Below, piece after piece: positions 1 to 10,570 of a DNA stretch of 32,856 bases (positions are counted from its first letter, which is position 1; each line of letters begins with the position of its first letter). Origin of the DNA: Octopus sinensis. Its lineage: Eukaryota. Made by a program: the position numbers and the translations under genes. The notes under the pieces are model-generated. The model saw only the letters and a program-made list of their open reading frames with translations. It was not told where the DNA came from and ran no database searches. The stretch lies in the NCBI RefSeq assembly GCF_006345805.1, contig NW_021832178.1, forward strand, positions 1 through 32,856. Direction: 5' to 3'.

Positions 1-54
1 ACATGAAACTGTGAGTAACAGCTTTTGTTATAATTCTGATGCTTTTAAATTAAG

Positions 55-169
55 TATCTATCTATCTATCTTCTATCTATCTATCTATCTATCTATCTAC
101 TATCTATTATATATATATGAGTGTGGATGTGTGTGCGAGTATATATGTAGTATGTATATATATATATAT

Positions 170-229
<60 letters not shown>

Positions 230-250
230 CATACCCCCCCACACATACAC
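55..250. repeat. Compound microsatellite (TCTA)n/(TA)n/(CA)n
   Basis: The tandem units are directly visible. They explain the spurious YI-rich ORFs at 11-427. Confidence 0.95.
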
Positions 251-800
251 ATACACACATATATGTATGTGTGTATATGCGTTCGTGTGCTTGAGCGTAT
301 GCTCGTGTGTATTAGCCATCGTCGAAAAGGATGTATGAACTCGGCCAGACGTGTATTGTTGTGTGGTATTGTGAATTATATAAAATTTATTATTGTCATA
401 AATAGACACGATTTACTGCAGTCATGATATCGTGATGACATAGTTAAGCGGCAATCATTTAGAGTGATATAAACACCATTTATAATGCAGGATTTGTATG
501 TAAAGTATTGTTTGAACTCGTATAAATTATGAGTCGTTTTATAGAAAGGAGCGCATCATTAATTGTTATGATTGATTACACGATTAATTAATTAATTAAT
601 TAATTAGTTCATCAATTAACTTATGAAGTAGAAGAAATGAGTATAGCAAACATACACAGGTATATATATATATGTGCGTTTATATACGTAGGAATATGTA
701 GATATGTGTGGTATATGCATATACAGATAGTTATTGACGTATATGTGTGTATATGATTGTATATAAAAAATTATGGGCGTATGTATGATGTATACGTACG

Positions 801-804
<4 letters not shown>

Positions 805-851
<47 letters not shown>

Positions 852-900
852 TATATATATAATATATGTATGTATGTATGTATGTATGTATATGTATGCG
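805..900. repeat. (TA)n + (TATG)n microsatellite
   Basis: Directly visible. Confidence 0.95.
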
Positions 901-999
901 CATGATCATAATATGTTATATCTTTATATATAAAAGGTATATTAATGTGAAATGCTGACATCGTTGTTGTATGAGATGAGAAATCAAGCATAAAACATA

Positions 1000-1210
1000 C
1001 AACCTCGTTCTTAAGACACACACCGCTTTCGATTCCTGTACCGTTTGAGACTTTGAGTTGTTGAGAAAAAAGCACACATCATTCTACATTGCTCCAATCA
1101 AACCAGCTGGTAATCCTGCAACGGACTCTTATCCCGTCCAGGTGGGGACAATGTACGCCACGGAAACCGGTAAAAGGCTTCTTATGAGTCTAAATGACTA
1201 AATGACTCGG
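1000..1210 (+). mobile_element. Degenerate tRNA-derived SINE with a family C-like middle and a family D-like 3' part
   Basis: B-box-like gctttcgattcc at about 1025-1036. Segment 1061-1109 resembles the family C middle (reverse complement of about 31950-31995). Segment 1110-1170 (gtaatcctgcaacggac..atcccgtcca..acgccacggaaaccgg) resembles 22800-22870. It ends in a short (AAATGACT)2 tail. Confidence 0.55.
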
Positions 1211-1254
1211 GATGGATCCGATATATATATATATATTATATATATATATATATT

Positions 1255-1455
1255 CAAAAATTGTAACCGCGTGTGTACCGGTGGGCGATTTTCTTCCCTC
1301 TGTCTTCCTTCTCTGGATCTTTCTTTTCCTATGTTTCTGACGAAGAGCTCCGCTCGAAACGTTAAACCCTCCTTCTTCCCTTCCTTCCTGAGCGTCCAAT
1401 AATACTATATTTGTTCCACGTCCTCGCGTAGTTGTGTTTTCATGTTTGGATTAAC
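1255..1455 (+). mobile_element. Penelope-like element terminal repeat (pLTR / 3' end), copy 1
   Basis: Pyrimidine-rich segment homologous to 21490-21700 and 29600-29790. It contains the hammerhead motif, is flanked by (TA)n on both sides, and lies directly upstream of a PLE ORF relic. Confidence 0.65.
1333..1367 (+). ncRNA. Minimal type I hammerhead ribozyme (PLE-associated)
   Basis: Sequence reads GTTT-CTGACGA-A-GAGC-TCC-GCTC-GAAA-CGT-T-AAAC. It has the CUGANGA and GAAA cores, stem I GTTT/AAAC, stem II GAGC/GCTC, a palindromic ACGT stem III, and a predicted GUU cleavage triplet at 1361-1363. Confidence 0.7.
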
Positions 1456-1483
1456 TATATATATATATATGCGCTCTTCTATG

Positions 1484-2085
1484 GTATACACACCTGTCTC
1501 ACTAAACGCCAAGAACTTAGCTACATCCTTTTTTTAATATACTGGACTCCGACTTCCCTCGTCACCATAAATATTACTCTATATTTAATAGATCTACTTT
1601 AAAGCTTTCCTACTCCTCCCCACCCAACTTTGAGTCTATCATAACACCCTCTAATAGATGTAAACTTTCTCTCTATTATCAAAATTTATACTCTAACCAC
1701 TCTGAATACACCAGCGTCCAGCATATACATAGCTCCAATACCAAACACAATACTTTAGACCATAACGAAAACCCAACCAGTCCCACTAACACTAATCAGA
1801 ATATTACCACCACAATTACAAATAGAATAAATTACGACAACAATAGAAATAATTATAATAATAGCAATAATAATGTTAATTACGTAGACCAATCTATCCC
1901 CATCTCAAACCTCTCCTAAGACAGTATTACCTGTTCCATTCCTGAGAATAATCCTAACAATGCACTATCAGGCAACTGCCGCCCTGGGATCATCTGCCTT
2001 CTACAAACCCGTTCCAGAAGATCTAACGTAATTCATAAATGCACCGTCCTCAACACGCTACACAATTCTACAATCATATATAAAG
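1484..2085 (+). mobile_element. Penelope-like retroelement ORF relic (end of RT, linker, start of GIY-YIG endonuclease)
   Basis: My translation gives YTPVSLNAKNLATS / frameshift in the T7 run / FNILDSDFPRHHKYYSIFNRSTLKLSYSSPPNFESIITPSNR ... GNCRPGIICLLQTRSRRSNVIHKCTV...IIYK. This matches the PLE consensus HFPxxHxLxKIFNRxxxKxSYSCxPN and CNCRxxxxCPLxGxCxxxxVIYKxxV. One internal stop lies at 1917-1919. Confidence 0.75.
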
Positions 2086-2087
2086 AG

Positions 2088-3375
2088 TCATCTATAAAGT
2101 TTAAACAACGATACGCTACGCATCTCAATTCTTTTAGATATGAGAAACACAGTAAATCCACAACACTCGCCAGTGACATACATTATCTCAAAAATAGAAA
2201 TATTCCATACATCTTCCATAATAGATACATGGACCTTAATAGATTCCATACCATGGCCAACGCTCAGCCTGTAAGCCATGCCTAAAAGAGGGATTTCACA
2301 TATTAAAACACAAATAATTTGGCCCCGATTTATACAAGGAGACTAAAATGACATCAACCCAGTCTTGAGGCACTTCTTCAGTTCTCCAAAAATGACAAAT
2401 TAATATAATTAAGAGTTTAAACACTTTATCATTTTTATATCTCAAGGCCTCTGCACAGATTCCATCAGACCGTGGAGACTTATTGTTATTCAGCTTATTC
2501 ATATCATTTAGAGTTGGTTTAAATGCCATCTCCCCTATAACTTTTTTTCTATCATCTTCTTGTCAACGGATGATGGTTTATTCAAAAGTGCAGACAAATG
2601 TTCTACCCAGCGCTTATGAACAGCATCTGTGTCAGTCAAAAGTAAATGTAATTTTGCTGTTCTCACTGGAGCTACTGAAGATGCTGGGCCATATACCTCC
2701 TTAACATAAGAGTACAAACCCTTGACATCATTCCTATCACCTGCTTCTTGTGCCCCCTTTTGCTTTATCATTCCATCATTCCTGTTTAATTTTCCTTAGA
2801 CAAGTCTCCACTTCCCCTTTCAGCTTTCTGTAAGCTTCGTTTGATTTGGGATTCAAAGAGAAAAAGCAGTGTATTGCATAAGTCTTGTTTTCTAAAAGTA
2901 GATCATGAATTTCTCGTGATTTATCTGAGAACCAGTCACTGGATTTACGTGATTTAAATCCCGCTGACGAACTTGCAACCTGAAATACTTTTGTTTTGAA
3001 ATCTTCCCATAGATTGTTTGGGGTCTTGCAAGCTGCTTGGTAATTTGAAGTTTGCAACATTTAACTTTATGGGTACCTTAGGACCAGACTGTCGACCTTT
3101 AGGCATTATCAAAAAATTCATTTTTATACGCACTAGACGATGGTCAGTCCAACTCTCTGCACTTCTCATGGCCCGATCACTAGAAACATCTTTCATATCA
3201 CGCTTTCTAATCAAAATATAATCTATGAGAAACCAGTCCTTAGATCTTGGATGCATTCAGGAGGTTTTATATTTATTTTTCTTCTTAAACGGAGTGTTGG
3301 TAACAACCAGATTATTCTCAGTACAAAACATCAAAAGAGTTACTCCTTTTCATTACACCCTCCCACACATAAGAA
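2088..3375 (-). mobile_element. RTE-clade (BovB-like) LINE relic: C-terminal APE endonuclease through the start of RT, with multiple frameshifts
   Basis: LLMFCTENNLVVTNTPFKKKNKYKTS*MHPRSKDWFLIDYILIRKRD..AMRSAESWTDHRLVR is the RTE endonuclease end. KSPRSDGICAEALRY..WRTEEVPQDWVDVILVSLYK is the RT N-terminus. It covers track ORFs 2088-2279, 2296-2529, 2535-2771, 2776-3060 and 2954-3256. Confidence 0.9.
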
Positions 3376-3916
3376 CTCAGAAGGCAAAAATGGACGAAAT
3401 GGTGCAAAGAATTTTGTCGGACGTGGTAACTATTCTGCGAGATCAGCTTGATAATACGGTAGAGGAATACTTTTCATTAATCTACGATAGGAAACATATA
3501 TTAACAAAGTTTTAAAATCTTTTTGATCAAAGTTTAGTAGTTAATTATTTTAGATTATAAAATATTATCTGCCAGTTATAGTCGCCGGAAAATATTTTAT
3601 GTGTGATATCATCGTTATTGGTTAATTGAACAGAAAATATGAAACCATATGTTTTCTTTTGTATATAATCCCAGGTATTCATTAGATTTAATAATTGGCT
3701 TTCTATAAACTTATAATTGCATAAGCTAACCGCGTTATTACTAAGCCTATAAAATGCGTCGCTACTACCAATCCTGTGAAAATCCTATTAGAAGCCTTAT
3801 TTTATTGTGTTTAATTAATTATAGATAAGAGAAAATATAGAAGGGTGGCATGTAAGACCCAAACTTTGTAGATATTTAGGCATAGTATTGAAGTTTATAC
3901 GCGCGTAAACGAATTA

Positions 3917-4000
3917 GGCGGCAGCGGAGTAGCAGAATCGAATCGTTATAGCACCAAATACATTCTCTGTATTTAGTTACGAGTTCAAATCCTGTGAGAT
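3917..4000 (+). mobile_element. Degenerate family A SINE tRNA-head fragment
   Basis: ggcggcagcggagtagcagaatcg ... gagttcaaatcc resembles the family A head and B box. Confidence 0.35.
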
Positions 4001-4486
4001 AAAGAAGTCAAATGTTACATATTTTCCAATCACCTAACCATATACCACAATTTTCTCATCAAGATTGATTCGACATCATGTCCACTGTTAGACTCAATGG
4101 CAGAGTCGTCAGAACATCGAATAGAATACTATCCGCATGGTAGATAATCTTCATTACTGCGGTCTGCGTTCCAATCCCGTCGGGTTTAACTTTTTTTTTC
4201 TGGGTCGCTGACAAGAAGGACCAATCCTTCCTTGAATTATTAATCATACAGAAATCTTCATGGTATATTTTCCAGCTCTTTACTTTTTTGATATGGAATC
4301 TCGCTAATTCCTACCTGGATGATAGTCTAAATTCTTAAAGACTTAAGAAAATACGAAATTACAATAATTTCAATGTCATGATTAGCGTATGCGAAACCGG
4401 TCGACAAACACCATGCACTTTCACTTATAACATATACTAAGAATATATTAAAACCATATAAACTTTGTGCATTTTCCTTCTTCCAT

Positions 4487-4489
<3 letters not shown>

Positions 4490-4524
<35 letters not shown>

Positions 4525-4646
4525 CGTGCGTGTGTGTGTGTGTATACGCATATACATATGTACATATATATCTGTATGTATATATAGGTATATGTGTAAG
4601 TATGCATATGTATAAATAAATATATATACGCACTTCTATATATGTA

Positions 4647-4706
<60 letters not shown>

Positions 4707-4745
4707 ATATATTTATATACATACATATATTGCACACACACACAT
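4490..4745. repeat. (TA)n/(TG)n compound microsatellite
   Basis: Directly visible. Confidence 0.95.
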
Positions 4746-6149
4746 GTAAGAGAAGAAAGAATGAGAAAGAGGTGTGTGCGTGCGAACATGTGTGTCCGTG
4801 TATGTGCCTAATGTATCAACAAATACTGTACATTGCACTCTACCATATCGAATTATAAACATATTGGTCTGAAGCACGCTCAGTTGCATTGCAGGAACTG
4901 AAACACCGGCAGCAACGAAGGAAGCGAAGATATCGATTTAAAAACTTCGCCAAACTTCTAGCAGATTTCAACATAAGCAATTAGTAGCCTCGGAATGCCG
5001 AGAATGAACTTTTAGGTTAGGGCTTCTCATCTTTGTCCTGAAAGAAGATCGCGGTTTCTCGCGTCTGCAATTCCACCAGGTTTAATTAAAATTAAAGTGA
5101 TGACAGGTGTGTTTTAACAAGCTTGTTGTATGACTTCGGGGGAAGAGTGTATTGATTATTTCGACTTTAGTAAGGTTTCGTTATCCGATCTGGCTCTCTC
5201 TCGTACACAGGCATCTCATAACTATGAATCTGCAATTAGACGGACTCCATATTTATAGAGTGCGTGTCTAAATCACGAAACACAAATTCATTCACTGCAT
5301 TCCTACACATACATACATAAACACACATGAATACGCAAATACAGACATTTACGTATGCATTCTTACAAGCATACAGAGAAACATATGTGAGAACGTAACG
5401 TAATTTGCATGTGTGTATAACATGAAAATGCGATACGCTCTTGTTATCTCTGAATATATGAAATCCGTCGCTCGGCAAATGTTTGCTATGTGGTTTCGAA
5501 TTGCATCAGCGGCTTTGCTGTTTCAGAAAAATTACAAAACTATCCATTGCTTCTTTTAATGTGTCTTTGTGCGTATACACACACACACACCATACGAACG
5601 CCGTGGAACACCCTGTCTATAGATGTGGGTTCCATGTGTAGCCTACAAATTCTGTCGGCAACAATAAATGTGATGGTGTTAGTTATAGCTTTATCTGCTT
5701 CGAGATCTACTATTACTAAGCGGAATTATTTCTCATTCTCTCGAAAGTTTATACGATGTCATAATTTATATATATATATAAGTGTGTGTGTGTGTGTGTG
5801 TGCATGTATATATAATATACACGATTAGAGGTTTTATGAACCTCATGAAATGATAGTTTCATCCAAGGAAATACAGGTTTAATACCTAGTATTTTGGAGG
5901 AATTAATAACCTAAGAGTAATAGGTATATGTATATAAACATATACCTTATATTCATATAAAAGAAGCAAAAGAAAATATCTATATAAACATGCAAGGCCT
6001 GATGAATTCACTTTATTTCCGAAGACCAAAAGGTATTCCACAATAGTTTCTTGTATATGATATAGAAAGAAAGGAATTGAAATTCACAATGAAACTTAAA
6101 AAGTGAAGTTGCTTCAGACTGTCATTTAAGCGCATTCTTCATTTCACAG

Positions 6150-6214
6150 ATGAGCACGGAGCTTGAAAGGAAAGAAGCCGCGCATGCATCTTCAACAATA
6201 ATAATCAACAGCAG
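6150..6214 (+). other. Candidate spliced exon (65 nt); open only as MSTELERKEAAHASSTIIINS; product unknown
   Basis: Acceptor ttcttcatttcacag| and donor CAG|GTGAGG are both near consensus, in unique sequence. I recognise no homology. Confidence 0.3.
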
Positions 6215-7185
6215 GTGAGGGGATCCGCCATTAACGACTCGTCGAACGTTGAGAAAATAGCACCCACTTGAAAAACTGATAAGGATGCTACGGATCATGG
6301 ATCAAATATCAGTAATCTTGTGTCACTCTGTAGCACCAAAATGTCGCCTTGCATTACATGGAGGGTGAAAGGGTGACTCTAGGAAGGATATGAAGCTGGT
6401 GCGAGCAGTTGGGAAATGGAGAAAATATATACTGAAAAGAAAGGATAAATGAGTAGTTAAAGCAGAATTCGAATTTTGACTAAGAAGAGAGGCTAATCCT
6501 TCGAAGACATTCAAATTTATGGTGATCTAAAATGCCAATCAGAGATGAGTCATAAAATTGTGAAAACAGATTATCACATTCATGTCATCCTTTTTAACTT
6601 TGTAATGAAGCGATAACATATTAAAGAGTCTAAGCTTAGAAAAATCAGGTAAAATCTTAAAAAATGGCATTCATAGAAATTGAAGTTTAATTGGTAACAG
6701 AATTCAAAAAGACATTATTGTTTTCTCTCACTACTGAAACTTTTGGAATATCAAACACATTAGTATTGCTAATATATTATTTATCTCATAGAGCAGAATG
6801 GAATCGTTAAAATGTCGGAAAAATGACGGTTCTGTCTGTTCTGAATTCAAATTTTTCTGAAGTCGATTTTGCAAGAGGAGTAAAATAAATTTGCAGGCAC
6901 TTAATGTAGTAGATTTAATGGTTTTGAACATTTAAAAATTACTGGATATTTGTGAAGAGGAAATAAAAGAAAAATTATAGAAAACAATTTCTTACCATAT
7001 TTTTCAAATCGCTATTGTGTAAACAAAATTGTGAATGACATTTTTAAAAATTGATATTATAGATTGACTGAAACAGCAGAAACAGCCAATGGATTTTCAT
7101 ATCCATTTACATTCTTTAATGTGTGTGTTGATATCCTATAGAGGTCTGCTTTGTCTTACCTCGGTTTTTTGATTATTTAAATATA

Positions 7186-7786
7186 TATTTCTTTATTACC
7201 CACAAGTAGCTAAACATAGAAGGGACAAACAAAGACAGACAAAGAGATTAAGTCGATTACATCGACCCAGTGTGAATCTGGTACTTTATTTATCGACCCC
7301 GAAAGGATGAAAGGCAAAGTCGACCTCTGCGGAATTTGAACTCAGAACATAACGACAGACGAAATACCTATTTCTTAACTACCCACAAGGGGCTAAACAC
7401 AAAGGGGACAAACAAGGACAGACAAAGTGATTAAGTCGATTATATCGACTCCGGTGTGTAACTGGTACTTATTTAATCGACCCCGAATGGATGAAAGGCA
7501 AAGTGTACCTCGGCGGAATTTGAACTCAGAACATAACGACAGACGAAATACCTATTTCTTTACTACGCACAAGGGGCTAAACACAAAGGGGACAAACAAG
7601 GACAGACAAACTGATTAAGTCGATTATATCGACTCCGGTGTGTAACTGGTACTTCTTTAATCGACCCCGAAAGGATGAAAGGCAAAGTCGACCTCGGCGG
7701 AATTTGAACTCACAACGTAAGGACAGACGAAATATTGCTAATCATTTCGCCCGGCTTGCTAACATTTCAGCCAGCTCGCCGGCTTA
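7186..7786 (-). mobile_element. Family A tRNA-derived SINE trimer (one head plus three bodies of about 183 bp)
   Basis: Units are 7186-7368, 7369-7552 and 7553-7786. On the minus strand there is an A-box region GGCGAGCTGGCTGAAATGTTAGC and a B box GAGTTCAAATTCC. The body motif CCTTTCATCCTTTCGGGGTCGAT resembles, from memory, the Meta-type SINE domain. Confidence 0.9.
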
Positions 7787-7787
7787 G

Positions 7788-7978
7788 ATCAGAGGGTGTA
7801 AGTCGAATACATTGATCCCAGGGTTCAACCGGTTCTTAATTTACCGACCTCGAAAGAATGAATTGCCAAGTCGTACTCGGCGGAATTTGAACTCAGAACG
7901 TCAAAACGGACGATATACTGCTAAGCGGTTTGTCCGGCGAAGTAACGATTCTGCACTCTCGCCGGTTTACAGAAACTT
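7788..7978 (-). mobile_element. Older family A SINE copy
   Basis: Diverged match containing cggcggaatttgaactcagaacg and head sequence gctaagcgg...ctcgccgg. Confidence 0.75.
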
Positions 7979-8617
7979 TAATTGTAAACAAATATGTCGT
8001 CTGAATGCCTGGACTGGAAAAAAATGAAGAAAAATGAAGAAAAAATAAAATGCTATCCAAAAAAATGTAGTTTGTTCTAATTAACTCTATTATCGCTAAA
8101 GTTATGTTTACATATTTACTTAGATTATGGGATGGAATAATTATGATATACAAATATGGCAAATTAGAAAATGATCACAAAGGCCGCTGTAAGTCTCTTT
8201 GTTGTTCAGATATCAGAGATGAGCGAGACTTATTATAACAAAGCAAATATATTCCGTCGTTGTCGTCGTAGCCGTCATCGAACTGTCGGAATGATTTTAA
8301 TTAAAATATCTTCCATTTTTATTATTTCCCTCATTTCTTCCAATTTCTAGTAGTTTTCTTTCAGCTTCTCCAGATTTTCTTTTCGTTCCTGTATTATTCG
8401 ATACATCAAATTGCTACTAATTTTCTCCCATTCATATTTTTTTTCTCACGTTTCTTTGGCTCGTTATTTCTTCTTCTTGTTGTTCTTTTTTCTCCTCCCA
8501 TCCTTAATTATTATTCTTGAGACAAGAAGTCGCATTTTTGCGTTGTTTACTGTTGATATTTATCGTAATTTATGGAATTGTCAATAATCATATCTTTATT
8601 GATCGATATGTACAGAG

Positions 8618-8790
8618 ATGAGGCGGAGAGGTAGTTAGTTAATCGTTAGCACGTCCGACAAAATAGCCAGCAACATTTTTTTTCTGGCGTTTTATATTCT
8701 AAGTTCAAACCGCGCCGAAGTAAACTTTGCATTTCATCCATTAGGGTCCAGTAAAATGAAGTACCAGGCAAGTACTGGAGATCGATTTAA
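8618..8790 (+). mobile_element. Old family A SINE, inverted relative to the neighbouring old copy at about 8860-9240
   Basis: aggcggagag..cgttagcacgtccg..ctaagttcaaac..aactttgcatttcatcc..aagtaccag follows the family A layout. Confidence 0.7.
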
Positions 8791-8951
8791 TCCTCTTATC
8801 CTCTCTTCTCAAAAGCTGTTGACCTTCAATCCTGCAACAGACGGGCGTCTCGTTCAGTGTTCAACTTCTACTTACTTCATCGACCCCCGGAAGCATAAAA
8901 GGCGATGTCAACATCGGCAGAATTTTAACATAAAATGTGAGAAGAGATACC

Positions 8952-9185
8952 TATTTCTTTACTACCCACAAGGGGCTAAACATAGAGAGGACAAACAAGG
9001 ACAGACAAACGGATTAAGTCGATTATATCGATCCCAGTGCGTAACTGGTACTTATTTAATCGACCCCGAAAGGATGAAAGGCAAAGTCGACCTCGGCGGA
9101 ATTTGAACTCAGAACGTAACGGCAGACGAAATACCACGATGCATTTCGCTCGGCGTGCTAACGTTTCTGCCAGCTCGTCGCCTTT
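8952..9185 (-). mobile_element. Young full-length family A SINE nested in an older family A copy, with a 19-bp TSD
   Basis: An exact direct repeat aaatgtgagaagagatacc lies at 8933-8951 and 9186-9204. The paralogous site at 13144-13162 has a single copy and no insertion. Confidence 0.93.
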
Positions 9186-9354
9186 AAATGTGAGAAGAGA
9201 TACCGCTAAGAATATTGCCCGACACGATAACGAATCTCCCGCTCTGATGACCTCGTACCTAATTCAGAAACCGAAAAGCAAGAAAAATAATAACAATAAG
9301 TATAGTAACAATTCTTTCTACTAAAGGCACATGACCTGAAATCTGGGGGCGAAG

Positions 9355-9528
9355 GGGCTTGTCGATTACATCGGTCGCAGTGCGTCACTTTTACTTAATT
9401 TATAGACTCCGATAAAAAAAAAAAAATGAAAGGTAAAGTCGGCTCCACCAGAATTTGAACTCAGAACGTAAGGACGAACGAAATGTGACTAACTATTTTG
9501 CTAGCGACCTTGCCAGCTCACCGGGTTA
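9355..9528 (-). mobile_element. Family A SINE copy
   Basis: gtcgattacatcg..aaaggtaaagtcgg..gaatttgaactcagaacgtaag..gccagctcacc. Confidence 0.8.
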
Positions 9529-9550
9529 AGTGTAGCTGAAATGTTATTAG

Positions 9551-9607
<57 letters not shown>

Positions 9608-9672
9608 GTGTGTATGCATGTATCTGCATGTGTATGAATGTATACATACGTAATTCTTTTACTGGTTCAGGT

Positions 9673-10570
9673 CAGTGATTTGTGGGCGCCTGTGTAGTGA
9701 GTGGTAAGCCATTAAAGTTCTTTCATTTATGCCCGGTATTCAGTAAATACTCGCGTTTGATGTCACTTGCCCTGACGTTCCTCTTCCGATGTGAACTAGG
9801 CTAATCCCGGATATTGCCTCAGAGCAATTTCAATAAGTTCCCACCCACGTGCATGCATATCTGTTACTGGTTTTAAAACTCAATATTAAACGACTTACGT
9901 AACATTCATGGCTAATGCTGAAAACCTTCCCCAAATTATTGTGCATAACTAGACTCGTGTTTCCATGAAGTGGGACATAACTTTAGTTTAGCTGGTGCAT
10001 AGAAAAATAAACCGACTTAATCCATTGCCGTAGCCATTTTGCTGTGTTATGTAGAGACCATAGCTCGAAGCAATAATCGATGGGAGTGTGAACAAAACAT
10101 CCTTTGCAAAACCAGCATGGAGTCTTTTTCTCTAAATTTTCTTAGAATCTACCCTGTCTACCCTGCAAGCCGTCTGCACGTTCTTGGCACAGTAGTACTA
10201 TGGACATGATACGGGAATTATAACTCATTATTAATCTAAGATATTGCATAGTTTCTGATTGGGTTAACAATGACTTTTATCTCTGTACGTTAGGCTTCCA
10301 AATTTGAAAGAGCTAACGGCAAAATCTATAAATGTTTCCAGCATCGAATTTCTGTACATATTAATTTCATCAGCGAAGTTGCATGTGAAGTGAAGACAAT
10401 TAATTAAGTTTTTGAGAAAACCATGGAAAATGTTGAATATCTCGATAGGAGTACATCAACAACAGAGCTAATGACAAGCGCTGTTTCAATAACTGAGAAT
10501 AAGCCTGCAATATACTTTCAAAGGAAATATTCATTAGCTTTGCTTCCTGTATTATAATACAAGCTGCAAA
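9673..10570 (-). mobile_element. hAT (Buster/Charlie-like) transposase relic, C-terminal half
   Basis: Minus-strand fragments occur in the expected order across frameshifts: CIIIQEA (HCIIHxEAL), AGLFSVIETA, ICTEIRCW (HTEVRW), RTEIKV, LQGRQ, WIKS (WIRNP), RFSALAM (GFSALAAM), and SEEERQGK*H (the dimerisation-domain end). A possible terminal CAGTG lies at 9673. Confidence 0.6.

Larger units (their letters stand above)
8582..9322. repeat. Local duplication copy A (pair of 12796-13280), carrying an extra SINE insertion
   Basis: Colinear near-identity with 12796-13280 from caataatc..gatcgatatgtacagagatgaggcggagagg to ..agtatagtaacaattctttctact, apart from the insertion at 8952-9204. Confidence 0.92.

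Noticed and set aside
3225-3515. 96-aa ORF ending MDEMVQRILSDVVTILRDQLDNTVEEYFSLIYDRK
   Set aside because: Its first half is the antisense of the RTE endonuclease relic (to about 3375). The remainder has only a vague resemblance to a hAT YFSLxxD motif and no convincing splice or homology support.
4059-4330. Minus-strand 62-aa ORF in unique sequence
   Set aside because: No recognisable motif, and the neighbouring frames are interrupted by stops. I cannot support it as coding.
4895-4984. Possible exon ELKHRQQRRKRRYRFKNFAKLLADFNISN*, and similar AG-preceded frames at 14441, 15031 and 22312
   Set aside because: These are short open frames with plausible acceptors but no recognisable homology or matching strong donor. 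They are expected by chance.
7186-7786. CRISPR array or retrozyme interpretation of the 183-bp tandem
   Set aside because: The units are SINE bodies with a tRNA B box. There are no unique spacers and no hammerhead core on either strand.
9243-9275. CTGATGA ... GAAA (also at about 13202) as a further hammerhead
   Set aside because: No complementary stem II forms between the core segments, and no stem I or cleavage triplet can be built.
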